A stretch of 38,589 bases of DNA from NCBI GenBank assembly GCA_013239625.1, contig MU053792.1:1320112-1358700 (forward strand), in the 5' to 3' direction. How positions within the stretch are numbered: position 1 is the first letter of the stretch; each line of letters opens with the position of its first letter. Shown here piece by piece: positions 1 through 12,748 of this stretch. Made by a program: the position numbers and the translations under genes. Below the pieces are notes generated by a model. That model searched no databases and was not told where the DNA came from. It worked only from the letters and a program-made list of their open reading frames with translations. Origin of the DNA: Lama guanicoe (taxonomy: Eukaryota).

Positions 1-93
1 CTTCAACACCGTGATGGCACTTGGCATGCTGGCTTCTACCCTCACCTCCCTTCCCGAAGAAGGTTATTGCTGTTGGTACAGGTGAATGACCTT

Positions 94-275
94 GTGGGAG
101 CTGGTGCTGTTGGCTTGAGGTCTGCCCTGTGACTGTGCTCTGACCCTTTGGCCTGGAGCAGTGGTGGCAAACCCAGAACCTCATAGTGGGAGCTGTGCTG
201 TTGGCTTGAGGTCTGCCCTGTGACTGTGCTCTGACCCTTTGGCCTGGAGCAGTGGTGGCAAACCCAGAACCTCAT
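94..275 (+). repeat. Tandem duplication, 91 + 90 bp
   Basis: 94-184 and 186-275 are identical except for a 1-bp deletion in copy 2. Confidence 0.95.
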
Positions 276-2159
276 CCCTGGCCAGGTGAGAGGCCATCTT
301 TGTTAAAGTGATTTGACGTCTCTAATTTTAGGGGCTAGACACACACCTTGTGCATGATCCAGGACTCCTGGCAGTGGCAGAAATACATCCTCCAGCCAGG
401 GATTTCATTGGTTGAGACATTGGCACAGGCAGCGGGTGCTGTGCTGTGCTGTGCAAAGGGGATTGATGGAGAGCCACAGCTGTCCAGATATGATGCAGAG
501 CGCATAGGGAACCACTCTTCCAGTGTCTCCAGCCACATGGCTGTTCCAGCTGTGACGGGCACGCTTCGCATCGTACTTGGCTGGCCTGTGTGCATCCCAG
601 CAGGGGGTGACCACATGCAATTGCAGGGCTCTGCTGCTATGTCACCGTGCGTTGCCTGTTCAAATCCTGATGTGCTCTAAAGACATTCTCTGTGTGCTCC
701 TTGTTGGTGATGTGCCCAGGTCCAGGACAGGCTTGGGAAGTAAGACTGATCGTCTCATTCCCTCCCATCCCTCCAGATCCTCCAGATCCTCCAGGCCATC
801 ACCCTTTGGTTCCGATTTCCTTTATTTGTAGGACTGTGGGAGAAATGTGCACCTTCACGAAAATAATACATCTGTGAACTAGGAACATTTCTTTCCCTAT
901 GTTTTAAACAATACTGGGAATTAATATTTTTATTTTTGTCAGTGTGCCAGGAGAAAAACGGGCTTCGTTGTTTTATTTGCATTCCCTTAGGTACTAGACA
1001 GCATGTATTTAGTAGCTCTTTGTCTTCGTCTGTGTTTGATCCTTTGACTCCGTTAACCCTCCCACGCATCACGCCGTGGCAGGCACAGGAGAGCCAGGCC
1101 TGGTGACAGTGCCTGCCTGCCCCCGGGCTTGGCGAGGACAGTGACCTGCTTACTCCTGATCTGCTTGTGGTCTTTGGTTTTAACAATTTGTTCCTGGCTC
1201 CCTAGACCACTTTCTGCTCAGTTCTCAGCATTGTACTTATGCTGATTAACATTCTCCCTTGCTCAGGGAGACAGTTTTCTTATGGCTTCTAATAACCAGG
1301 CCAACCCACTACCTCTAGTCAGAGGATAAGAACAAGGGAAAATATTTGATCCTGGCTGCCAGTTCATAGTCTAGGGAACAAAGAAACACCAAAACCAAAA
1401 AAATAACAATGACATAAACACCAAAAAAAAAAAAAACCCAGAAAACAAATGAGTGCCTTAAACAATAATAGATGTCCAAGAGGAGTAAACCCTAGGTGAA
1501 CTAGGGGCTCTCCTGCCAGGTGCAGGCACGTCCAGAAGGCGAGAAGCTGGACAAGGATGAGCTGGCCTTCCATGCAGCAGTTGCCAAGGCCAAGAGGGCC
1601 CTGGGGGCAAATTGCAATCAAATCTATGTCTGGAGGAAGATGTGCCTAAAAATGTAGGTGGGGTCAGCTTCCTAAGCCTTTTAAACTATGCCAAGAAGTA
1701 TGGATCTCATCCTGCAGACAGAAGTCATCGTCACCTGCTGGTCTAATATAATGATCGTAGCCAGTGTTCCCTCACTGCTTGTTACATACCAGGAACTGCG
1801 CCAAGCATTTCAATCACTTAGCCTCAGTCTCAGGTCCGTGTTTCAGATAGATGACGCTGTCGGGGAAATACGGATTAAGGGGCAAGACTGGAGGAAGGAG
1901 ATTAGTTGCAATAGTTAGAACAGAGGGTATGGTATGGTGGCCGATTGTGAGGGTGGAAAGAAAGAGACAAACTTGAGAGAAGTTAAAGAGGCAGAGTTGA
2001 CAGGACTGGGCAGGTGAGGGGGGTCTGGGATGACTGCCGGATTGGCTCGGATGAATATTGCATGAAGCTTTCGTGGTCTGGGAGAGCATAAGAAGACTGA
2101 AGTGTTTCGCATGCACCCACTTGGTTAAACACCCCTGTGGCGCACTTTTGTTGAGTGAA

Positions 2160-2300
2160 AAGACGTGTGGGTTTGAATCCTGTATTCCACCATTTACTGG
2201 GGCTGTGGTATTGGACCATGGCTCTCACTTACAGCTGAGGGCTTACATAACCTTTCTAGGCCTCAGTTTTCTCAACCACAGCGTGAGGATAATCCTAGCC
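2160..2300 (+). mobile_element. MIR fragment
   Basis: gggtttgaatcctg...ggcctcagttttctca...gaggataat. Confidence 0.6.
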
Positions 2301-2722
2301 TGAAGGAGGATCGGATCGACTGAGTGACTTTTTGTGTGAGTGGTAATGATAAGGCAGAGTGCCGGACACATCCACATCGTGGGCCTTCGTCACACGGGGC
2401 CTGTTACCTCCACAGTGGAATTCTCTCTCAACACCACCAACAGCAGCAACACGTTTGGTGATGTACATGCTGTAGTGTTTCATGTAGAAGGAAATATGTT
2501 GCCAGTAATTAAAAAGTGGAGCCGAGTAAAGGTGTTCCTCGGAAAATCTGAGAAAAGAAGAAATTTTGATTTGTCGTCTCTAGTCACATAGAGCTGACAT
2601 TTTCCAAAAGCATTTTGGATGTACCTTGCCTGGGTGTACTGCACGGCCTCATGCATAACCACTTAGGAGCCACCTGTACACGGGCCAGCTTTATCTAGTT
2701 AAATGTGTGGTTTTCATTGTAG

Positions 2723-2842
2723 GACCCCGAGTCAAATTTGATCCAACAGTCAGAAGAAAGTGATCTTGGAGTCGTTTCCAAAATTTCCCAGTTATCTTCC
2801 CATCCAGTACTTGGTGACTGGTCCATTCAAGCTCAAGTAAAT
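2723..2842 (+). pseudogene. CD109: Isolated duplicated CD109 exon (MG2 region of the alpha-2-macroglobulin family), phase 0-0
   Basis: Acceptor ttttcattgtag| and donor |gtgagt. Translates DPESNLIQQSEESDLGVVSKISQLSSHPVLGDWSIQAQVN, against recalled human CD109 DPKSNLIQQWLSQQSDLGVISKTFQLSSHPILGDWSIQVQVN. In-frame 2-codon deletion. No other CD109 exon found in the window. Confidence 0.88.
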
Positions 2843-3378
2843 GTGAGTATAAATATATTTTCTGGGGGGAATGTTAATATGATTTAAATAGGTCGGGTGG
2901 GGGAAATATCTCCAAAGTCGTTTATTCAGTGAACAGAAAGACATTAATCTGAGCATCTAGACAATTCAAGTGGTTTATTTTTAATTTACTATTGCTATCA
3001 ATGGGTTAGCCTTTGTTATAACATATGTGAGGTTTAATCATTTTTTATGTAATATAACATTTGAAGATTAAAACTTTACATTTTAGTATGAAACTGGTTA
3101 AATGATGTTTATTGTACTTACTGCATACATTGAATATTTTAGATCAGTAATAAATACGTAGCTATTATATGGCAAATTTTATGTCCCAGAATGGTGACTT
3201 TTGATGAACGGTTGGGCTAACCTACTTTATCTTTACTTTAAAAACTCCAGTGACCTTAAACGGCCACATCAATCTCTGTTCCCCAGTCTTTCCTTCTCCT
3301 CAGCTCCTTCACCATTTCCTTTGTTTGCTGCCAACTCCCCTAGCTCTGAGATCTAGCAGGACAGGGGCACAAAAATGC

Positions 3379-3462
3379 CCCATCCATCCATCCATCCACC
3401 CACTCACCCACCCACCCATCCATCCATCCATTCACCCACCCGTCTGTCCACCCTCCATCCAT
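3379..3462 (+). repeat. (CCAT/CCAC)n microsatellite
   Basis: Seen directly. Confidence 0.9.
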
Positions 3463-4349
3463 CAAGTATGTGTTGAGAACTTACGTGCCATGGCAGATAC
3501 AAGGAGGCTAAACATGTGATCTCTGTCTTCAGAGATGTGGGAAGATGACTAATGTGACAAGGATTAAGTTAAACAAGGGTAACAGAAAAACATGAGGTCG
3601 TACAATAGCAGAGGAATTGTGAGACGCTGAGTCCGTGAGGCCCATGAGGTGCATCCAAGACTCAGGCCAGCTTGGAATAAAGAGGGTCTGCTGTAAGCAC
3701 AAGGGCCTGTGCTTCGGGGGCCAAAGGCTGTCTTTGTGGCCAGCTCCATTCCCCTATCTCTTGTCCAAACTCTAAGGTGTTCTCTAGTCGCAGTCTAGAT
3801 TGAGCACATTGGTTCAGCTGAATAACCTCCATCCTCAGAGTGCTGCAAGGAGCTCTGCACGGGTGGCTGGCCCCCCACGAATGGGTCACTGGGTCAGGTG
3901 TCCATGGTTGGTCCATTCAGAGGCCATCTCTGCTCCATGACCAGGCAAGACAGTCTCTGAGGCCCTAAGGGTGGCAGCCTTAGAGGGATTAATTTGTTCA
4001 GTGAGTGGTACACAGAATATGTACCAGAGGAGAGAGGACAATAGTGGAGAAAGGCTGGAAGATGTGAGATTGTAGGTTGAAAGATTTGTAGGATTTCTCA
4101 TGTAGTGAGTTTTGGATTCAACCCATCATATTGCTTTAGTAAGAGAAAAAAAAGATAAATGCTCTTAATGAAATTTGGGTACTTGCAAAATGAAAAATCA
4201 TTCACAGAAGGTGGTCCTTGCTCACCTCTTAGGTCTTGTCAAATGCCATCCTTACACTCGACCTCTGTGCTTTAGGCACAAATTACTTCATAAGTTTCTT
4301 TTTTTTTTATTTCCCCACAAGTTTCTTAAACCCACCCATCTGTCTGATC

Positions 4350-4610
4350 CCAGAGCCTTCCCACGCGCTGTTCCCTCTGCCTGGAATGCTGTTTGTCTGC
4401 TTGCTGTCCTCCTTCGAGCACTGTCCCAGGTGGCCCAGCCCCGCTGGCATCTCCGCCGCCCTCTGTGCTTCTCTTGGTCCGTGCCTGTCACTGTTAGTTG
4501 ACAGGGCCTGATAGTCTGTGTGAGGCCTGTTCTCCCTGTGTCTTTGGGACCTAGTAGCACAGGACTCTGCACATAGGTACACGTCAGTACATAGTAAATG
4601 AGTGTATGAA
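4350..4610 (+). mobile_element. L2 3' fragment
   Basis: gctgttccctctgcctggaatgct...gcacataggtacacgtcagtacatagtaaatgagtg. Confidence 0.6.
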
Positions 4611-5015
4611 AGCTATATAATCATCATTTGTCTTGAACTAAACATGATGTCCCCTTTTCCACATTCTGTAAACGTCTTTATCCTTTGTGAAGACAGGCAT
4701 ATCGATCAGGAACTTACTAGTGGTGATGTCGTGTTTCTTCCTTCTAGCTTTACTGAGGTATAATTGACAAAATTGTAGGATATTTAAAGTGTGCAGTGTG
4801 AGGATTTAATACACACGTGCATTGTGAGAGGATTCCTTCCAGGGGATATAATGTTAAGGCACACAACGAAAATTAGCTTCTTTGTTTAAAAAAAAAAAAA
4901 AAGGAATCCTTCCAGTGCCTCAGGGGTCAGGATAGTCAAAGAAATGAGAGGCCTGGACCCAGCCCTGAGCTCTGGTTTTTGTCTTTCCTTGATTCCTGCA
5001 CAGCATTCAAGGATT

Positions 5016-5063
5016 ACACACACACACACACATGTGTGTGTATGTATGTCTATATATATATAT
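5016..5063 (+). repeat. Compound (CA)n/(TG)n/(TA)n microsatellite
   Basis: Seen directly. Confidence 0.85.
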
Positions 5064-6111
5064 AATTACACTTTTAGCAATTAATAATGACTATGAAGTA
5101 TATTAATTATTTAAATAGTCACCATTATAGCCCATATTTTAATTTCCCCAAGGCAGTGACCATTCTTGGTATAAACTTTAGGAAGGGGAAATACTTAACT
5201 TTCAGAAAAGTGTTTTGAAATCCCAGTTTGTCTCTAGAAAAAATATGGAATGATCCTAGTATTACTACTGAAGGACAGTGCATTAAAAAAAAATATAGAA
5301 CATACCAGAGCTTTGTTTAGTGGTTACAGTGCAGATAATCAGACTGGCATTTTTTCATTCCCCATCCACTAGATCGGGAGAAGACTCGTTTAGGTAAAAG
5401 CCACTTGATTGGCCCCTTGGTATTTCTATGACTATAACTGTTTATAGGATAAGAGTGAATGAATTCTTTTAATATACTATTAAGCTTTCTGGGTTACTTA
5501 TATTGCTTTTGAATTTCAAGTGTTTTTCACCTTTAGGCTTTTTAATGACAATTATTTTGATCGAGTAAGATTTGTAGGTTTTTATTCTTCTTTCAATCCC
5601 CTTTATTGTGCAGTGTATGATGGTGGAGCAGATAAGATCTGCCCTGAAGGATGCAAGACACAGAACCTCCTAGCCCAGGGCAAGCCCCACCGCCAGCTGG
5701 GAGTCCTGGTACTGGACCCACTACAGCCACCCATCCCCTGGGGTAAGTCACCAGGCTGAAGTGGGGAGGCAGGAGGCCCTTCAGAGAGTCTACCCAAGGT
5801 GGGAGGCCTTGGCAATGGAAGAAGGCAGGGAAGCAAGCCACACACAACCTGGCCTCATCCCCAAGTCCTGAAGGAGCATCCTCTGGAGATGCTGCTGGCC
5901 CCTGCCCACCTGGACCAGTATGTTCTGCTCTGGGAAAGGTAGGGGGAGGCAACCATGATCTTACATTACGAAGTGTCCTCCGGGAGGTCAGAGGCTGTGA
6001 TTATTTGGTGGGCTCCCAACACCCCAGGAGGCCGTCGCTGCCTCTGAGTCAGTGAGGAGGTGTAAGCTCCCTCTTACTCACTGCACGTGGTACCCAATTC
6101 CCACTGCACTT

Positions 6112-6410
6112 AGCACTTCAGGTAAACCTGGGCCCCGTCCCATGTCCCGAAGGCCTCTTGCGTATAACCCCAGCTTTTCCCCCAGGAGCATGATGTAGTT
6201 TTAAAAAAAAGCACTAGACCAGAAATTTGGGGACCTGAATTATTTTCCTATGCAGTAACATCCAGCACTTCAGGCTGGGCCCCGTCCCATGTCCCGAAGG
6301 CCTCTTGCGTATAACCCCAGCTTTTCCCCCAGGAGCATGATGTAGTTTTAAAAAAAAGCACTAGACCAGAAATTTGGGGACCTGAATTATTTTCCTATGC
6401 AGTAACATCC
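6112..6410 (+). repeat. Tandem duplication, 152 + 147 bp
   Basis: 6112-6263 and 6264-6410. Copy 2 lacks taaac. Confidence 0.95.
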
Positions 6411-7647
6411 TCTGTGACTCTGAGTAGGCCACTTACCTCCACGTCCTCATCTATCATGACATCTGTGGTTGTGAATATCAAACAAGAAATGAAAGCAACC
6501 CCCAAACTAGGCAGCATTCCAGAAAGGTCTGAGACAGTTAAGGATACCATCAATAGCCACTTTAAATTGTAGAAGATAAGGGGCAATGGACAGAGCACCC
6601 CAAACCTGAGAAAACCTAAGCCACTGCTATGAGATAGGTTACACAGGAAGGACCTGCTGGAGACACAGAAAAACCTCACCCTGGGTAGAAATCATGTCCA
6701 GGGTTTCAAACTTCCTGTCTGGAGTTTCCATTTATGAGGCAGGCTGCTGTCGGCACCCGGGCAAGCCAGCTTGCGTGTTCCATGGTAGGTGTCACCGCCA
6801 GAGCACAGGAACAGGGCGGTTCCATGCAGATCAGAATTCTCCACTGCCCACAAAGTGATGACCCCTTCGGCAGAGATTGGCCACATGCCTCTCCTCCCAG
6901 TTTCATCTCCAAGTATGTTTTTACAGCAGAGGGGAGGGAGCTTCCGGATGGTAGATTGATATATTTAAGTGACAGCCATTGTGCAGATTTTTAGAAATCA
7001 TGCATGTGGCCATTTTATCCACCTAAACTTGGCCTCAGAATATTCCTGCGAGAAGGGAAGGGAGGGGTGGAAAGAGCTTTATGGCCCAGCAGGAACACAG
7101 GGTACCTGGAAGCAGAGGGCACCTGGCTGAAGACTGAAGGATCTCTGATGATCAGTCACAGTGGAGCTGAGAGCTGAGCTCACAGTCAGGAAGCCCCAGC
7201 TGGGCTGTACCCTCAGGCCAGCAGGGGACCCTCATCTTTCTAGGAGAAAGGAAGGAGAGGGTGAGAGGATGAGGAAGAGGCCTGGTTTTTCCCAGTGTTA
7301 GGATCTCCATCCTGAATCCCAAAAAAGGAATCATGAAGGTGTTTTATGAGCGTTTGCCCCGCAGCCCAGAGAAGCCCCATGTCCTCACTTTCTCTTCGCC
7401 CAGAGGCCCATCCTGCAAGGTCGGGTGAGAACACACTCACCAGCTCCTGCAGTGGTAGGAACCAACTTTATACAGAGCAAGACCTCATTTCTGCCAGGGA
7501 CGCGGGAAGAAAACTGGGCTGACTCAGTGCATCAGAATGTAAGTGGGTGGGAGGAGGGGGCTGGATGAATACAGCTTCTGAGGACAGTCAGTCCCAACCA
7601 TCCCCTGCCCTCCCTGCACTCTTCTTTCCGTGGTAACAGGGCCTAAC

Positions 7648-7794
7648 GTGATGGTTCTGCTAGAAGGTGGTGCTGACCCAAACCTCACGGACATCACTGG
7701 CAACACCACTCTCCACTACGTTGCCTTGTTTGCAAATACTTCAGTTACAGCAAAGCTGCTTTCCTACAATGCCAGTATTGAAACAAGAAACAAG
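7648..7794 (+). pseudogene. ANKRD26: ANKRD26-family ankyrin exon (exon 3 homologue), 5'-truncated by about 9 codons
   Basis: Translates VMVLLEGGADPNLTDITGNTTLHYVALFANTSVTAKLLSYNASIETRNK, then donor |gtataa. Lacks the AVQCQxExC start seen in the paralogue at 38489. The symbol denotes the family, not orthology. Confidence 0.88.
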
Positions 7795-7839
7795 GTATAA
7801 TAGCTCCACTAGCTTTATTTACAAAATAATTTGAAATAC

Positions 7840-8491
7840 AGGGTCTTCTTTAGCTACAGGTGTTACATTTATAATACGTATACTGAATACAGTACCTCAG
7901 GGCCTGTTACCATGGAAACAACTCCAAAACTAAGGCCGGGGCTAGAGAAAGGTGGTGCCCACAGAAAGGGCAGAGCTCTGTCTCCCAGCCCCTCCTCTTC
8001 CCTGGAAGGAACACCGCCCCATTAGGAAGTGCCTGGGAGTGGGTGGTAGGCTCATAGCCCATGGAAGATGAAAGCTTTGGGGGAGTGAAGTGATGGTGGG
8101 GGCTGACTGCCTGCAGAGGCAGAGGTGCTACTGGGATGGGTGGAAGGAGGAAGGAGACCCAGTACCCAGCAGGGGAGCTGGGTGAGTGCACCTGGGCAGG
8201 GGAGGCAGTAGGCCACTGGCCCTGAGCATCCCAGGACCCCCAGTTCTGCGATCAGGGCAAATGAGGTCAGGTCATGTTTGACAGCCAACAAGGGTGTTCA
8301 CTGGTGCTGGTGGCCACACGGCCTGCCATGTACACGTTGGGGTCTTCCACGCTCAGCCTGGTGCAGCTTCTCGGCGGGGCTGTGGCTACATATGGGGAGC
8401 AGGTGATGGCGAAGCTGGTCCTTCTGCTTTTGCTCTGGGACATCCGTTGCCTCCCGCTGCTGCAGCCCTGCCAGGAATGCCCTCCGCTGAC
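7840..8491 (-). pseudogene. Candidate 5'-truncated retrocopy fragment (CDS 3' end plus 3'UTR) of an unidentified gene, inside the ANKRD26-like intron
   Basis: GC-rich island between AT-rich intron sequence. The minus-strand frame 8491-8267 is open from the island edge to a TGA (VSGGHSWQ...SRRTSFAITCSPY...LSVEDPNVY...SEHPCWLSNMT*), followed by UTR-like sequence. No clear poly(A) or target-site duplication. Confidence 0.4.
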
Positions 8492-9469
8492 ATAGTAGGT
8501 GCAGTTTTATATATTGGAGGCTCGGGCACTCCCTGAGTGAAAATATTTGGAAAGAACTTTATTGTCTGAGATTTCACTTTAAATAATGAGATTTCCATCA
8601 AAGCATTAAAAGGCACAGCTTTCTTTTATTTATTTATGGCAGATATTTATGAAAACATTGCTTTTGTTGCAAATAAAAAATTTTTTCAAATATTTTTCCC
8701 CACTCAAAATTTCTTTGATTAGCATGAAAATAGAAGAAAGCAAAACTTGCCTTGGAAATAGACTGTCTTAATACTCAAACAAAAACAGCTGACAATATAA
8801 TCAATCTTGCTGCTGTGGATAAGTTCCTGTTATATTTAAAAAATGATTTATATAAAAGTGATTTCTCTCTCATTGCCCAAGGCTTAAGAGGGAAGAAAGA
8901 AACAGACTGGAGAGAGCAGTTGAAATATGCAGGCCAGTTTGGAAATTGGACAATTGGGAATTACCAAAAGGAGGTTTTTGTTTTTGTTCTCCATCTCCTT
9001 CTGTTTATGTAGGTGGGCAAGCTGCCCTTCAGTTGTCGGGGATAATCATTCTCATTTTGGGAAAGAGGGAGTGAATTGTAAACTTGGGAGAGATCAGTTT
9101 TATGAGGACTCTGAGGAAATCACACTGGCGGGGAACAGGTGATGATTAAGTGGGAAGTAAGAGAGAAGAACAGATAATTAACTGGCCCAGTGTCCTGTTC
9201 TGGCAGAAACAGCCACTGAGATGAGTCTAGACTTGGCTTTCAAATCTAGGATGTCTTGATGGGGGAAGTAAGGAATGCATAGATAATAAAATCAAGTTGC
9301 TTCTGAATTGACTAGCCCCTGTTCTACCGCTGTTTACCCAGGACAATGAAATGCAGTTATGTTAAGTGACTTCTCTCTCTCACAGTTTTCTTTGTGCAAA
9401 TCCTCAAATGAAAGAAGGAACTGGCCACGTGGGTAAGAAATGAGACTGCAGTGGTCGGTTGTCTCCTGC

Positions 9470-9648
9470 ATGAGGTCTCAGTTAGAATTGTGCTGGTGAG
9501 CCACAATCACCTGGGAGAATTTATAAGAAATTTACAAGTCTAGGCTCTACCCTCAAGACTGTGATTGAATAAATCTGGTAAGGCCTAGACCATGGATATT
9601 TAGAAATAGTTCCTTGAGATTCTGATACAACCCTTGGTTAAGAACTAT
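9470..9648. mobile_element. MER5-like DNA transposon fossil
   Basis: aatcacctgggaga...gattctgatacaacccttggttaagaactattg. Confidence 0.5.
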
Positions 9649-10099
9649 TGAATGGATACATGTAATACCTGTAAATTCACAGATCTCAAAAAAAAAGACC
9701 TCTCTAGAAGAGTGGGAGATTTGACAGATGCTACTTCCTTCAGTGCTCTGCTTTCCAGCCACATAAGCCTGACTTTTATCCGTCTCTGCTTCTTTGCTTG
9801 ACAAGTTAAAAGGAATATTATTGGCAGTATCTGTGGGCTTGAAGAATAACTCCTTTTTCCTTCCAACCACTGATCATTCAGTGACACTCAGTCTTAGAAA
9901 TTTGCTTATGGTGAATGATTTAATAAGTAGAGCCCTTTAAGAATTTTGCACCTTTTGTTACCATGCAAGTCATTAGGCCAACAGGGTTTTCCTGACTGTG
10001 ATCTTAGTAAATCATGACTTTTCTTTTGGTTAAAGCTGTGTGGCAGACTCTTGGAATGTATCTGTTAGATTCACTGAGCGCTGGCATAATCAAAATGCA

Positions 10100-10612
10100 G
10101 TTTTATTATTTTTATTGCAGTATAGTTGACTTACAGTGTTGTGTTTGTTTCTGGGGTACAGCAGAGTGGTTCAGTTTTACATATGTGTGTGTATACACAC
10201 ACACACACACACACACACATACTTTTTCATATTCTTTTCCATTTTGGTTTATTACAGGTTATTGAGTATAGTTCCCTATACTATACAGTAGGACTTTGTT
10301 GTTTATCTATTTTATATAGAGTAGTTGCTATCTGCGAATCCCAAACTGGTCATTTTTCCCCCTGCAACCCCCTTTCCCCTTTGGTAACCATCAGTTTGTT
10401 TTCAATGTCTATGAGTCTGTTTCTGTTTTGTAAATAAGCTCTTTTGTATCATATTTTAGAGTCCATATACTAAGTGATATCACATGGGATTTATCTTTCT
10501 CTTTCTGACTTACCTCATTCAGTGTGATCATCTCTAGGTCCATTCATGTTGCTGCAAATGGCATTATTTCTTTTTTTAATGACTGAATAGTATTCTATTA
10601 TATATAAGTATA
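10100..10612 (-). mobile_element. L1 3' end fragment with internal (CA)n
   Basis: Antisense L1 3'UTR/ORF2 end motifs: tatagttgacttacagtgttgtg, ggtaaccatcagtttgttttc, ccattcatgttgctgcaaatggcattatttc. Confidence 0.85.
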
Positions 10613-11852
10613 CTGTGCAAGATGGCAGTTTCAAACATCCAAACCCATGAAGTTAGTAACAGATGAGAATTGTTTTAATAATTTAGTTTCAGCCATCTTA
10701 TGAACTAATTGTCCATTTGATTAAAAATAAGGGAAATTGTGATACAGACAGATTGTAGTTTTAGTAGGCGTTGGAAAAATTCTCATAGTGGGTATTATGA
10801 GTCTTAATAGCAATTTTTATGACATGTTGGGGCCCAGTTTATTTTCTGTAAAACATGATACTAAAGAAAGGAAAGGTTTTATGTCCAAATATTTGCTTTA
10901 TACCCAACTGTTCGGAAACACAGCAAACAGAAAAATTCAGGTGGGCTGTAGACTAAATGTGGTGCCTGGGTATGTTCAGTTTGCCTCCACACATTGAATC
11001 AACATTTAAAATTTAGGAGACTCATGTAGAAAAGTGCATTTCAGACTTCTCCAAAAGAAACAAATCTGGTCCCCTTTGAGCCCAGGCTGCTGTGTGTTCT
11101 GCTGTGCAGAGGCGGCCCCTTCTCAGTGGGGCGTGTGTTCTCCAGTTTGCTGTCCTCACCTGGGACCTTCAGTTACACGGGTCACCTGCTTTGCCTCTGT
11201 AAGCATTTGACTTCACAATTCTTGTTTTACAGTATATTTTGATAACTATTTCAAGATTTTAAAGAATATTAATTTATGATCTATTTCATATTTTATAATC
11301 TCTTAAGAATAGGACTGAATTTTTCAAGTTAGAATTTATATAAGTTGCTTTTAAAGAAAAACTTTTTCTTTACATGTACATGCAAATAATCATATTCCCC
11401 TTGGAATGTCTGTTAACCTGATGAGGTTGGTCATGATTGTAGCTGGATAGGTTATGCATATTGCAGACAGTCTATCTTTCCCCTCAGCCTGGTTTCTTAA
11501 AAATGCAGTTGACTTAGTAGCTAAATGGTTCTCTGTGGAGCTGTGTTGAGAGTTTTGAGAGTAATAGTAGAGCAAAAAGGTAAGTACAGGAATGCCTGGT
11601 AGACACTGATAGAAGGGAAGCTTCTTGGAGCCAGTAAACGTTTGAAGTGAGTTTTAGAGAATGACTTCACAGTGAATCTTTTGAAGAGGTCAGGGGGGAA
11701 CGTTTTAAAGAGTAGAAGCCCAGAGGGGTGGGGGGAAGGGCTACTCTTTATTTACTGCATGTGATATGCTTAAGTTCAGAGACTGTTACAAGTATTACAC
11801 TCAGTTTTGAAATATGTAATTTTGTACATTATAAACTTTTTGCTGTTTACAG

Positions 11853-11959
11853 GATGACTTCACACCACTGTTACTTGCTGTAAGTGAAAACAAAGAGCAA
11901 ATGGCAGAATTTCTAGTAAAGAAAGAGGCAGATATATATGCAGTTGATAAGTGGAAAAG
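11853..11959 (+). pseudogene. ANKRD26: ANKRD26-family ankyrin exon (exon 4 homologue, 107 bp)
   Basis: Acceptor tttttgctgtttacag| and donor |gtacag. Translates [35 protein letters not shown], against recalled ANKRD26 [35 protein letters not shown]. Confidence 0.9.
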
Positions 11960-12164
11960 GTACAGTAGTGTGTTCTTTTTTTTTGTTTTTTAACCTTAGT
12001 GTTGTTATAGAGTAGTAACAGCCACAATGGAGGAAGTACGAAAAAGGAACACCTGTCAGGTTGGGGGCCAGTAATATCTGCTGCAGGGATTCACTGGGGA
12101 ATTCTGAGCAGACGAGAAGGAGGATTAGATTTGAGTATTAGGGCTCTCTGGTTATGACATAAAG

Positions 12165-12367
12165 CAGGGATCTACAAGCTTTTCCTGTAAAGGGTCAGAG
12201 AGCCCATATCTGAGGCCATGTGGTGTCTGTCCCCTCACCTCAGCTGTGCCATTGCAGCGTGAAAGCAGCCGTAGACAGTACTGGACGACTGTGCTCTGGT
12301 AACACTAGATCTGCAGACCCAAATGGCAGGGTGGGTTTGTCCCATGGGCTGTAGTTTGCCAACCCAC
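12165..12367. mobile_element. MER58-like hAT DNA transposon fossil
   Basis: tttcctgtaaagggtcag...gtgaaagcagccgtagacagtac...gggctgtagtttgccaaccc. Confidence 0.7.
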
Positions 12368-12748
12368 CATATAAAGGATGGCAGGCCAGAAATACCGTGC
12401 TATTTAAGCGTGACAGTGTCAGTTTATGGTACTGATTCTACTGATGAGGTCATTTGTTTTTCTCAGGCTCATAGAGTTTGGTTAGGACTGTGGTGCTTGT
12501 AAATAGCCTTTCACTTGGAGGTATCAAATTTTGATATATCGCATTCATTTTTTTCACATTTGGTAAATACAAAGGAGGGGAAGTGGCTCTTTTGCATTAA
12601 TTACCTACCAGTAGTATACTCAGTATTCACTCTAGGGTAGTCGCCAGGTGTGTTCCCAAAGGAACGCTTTTGAAAAAAGCATCGGTCTTATACTTTTAAT
12701 ATTCTCTATTTTTCTATTGCTGATTTAAAATGTATTTTTTTCTTTCAG

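Noticed and set aside
335..700. Overlapping 70-110 aa ORFs as a gene fragment
   Set aside because: No recognisable domain or convincing splice-site pair.
6395..6994. ORF cluster as a pseudogene
   Set aside because: No recognisable homology in any frame I translated.
2723..7794. Direct in-frame CD109-ankyrin fusion
   Set aside because: The CD109 exon ends in phase 0, while the candidate acceptors at 5614 and 7640 need phase 1.
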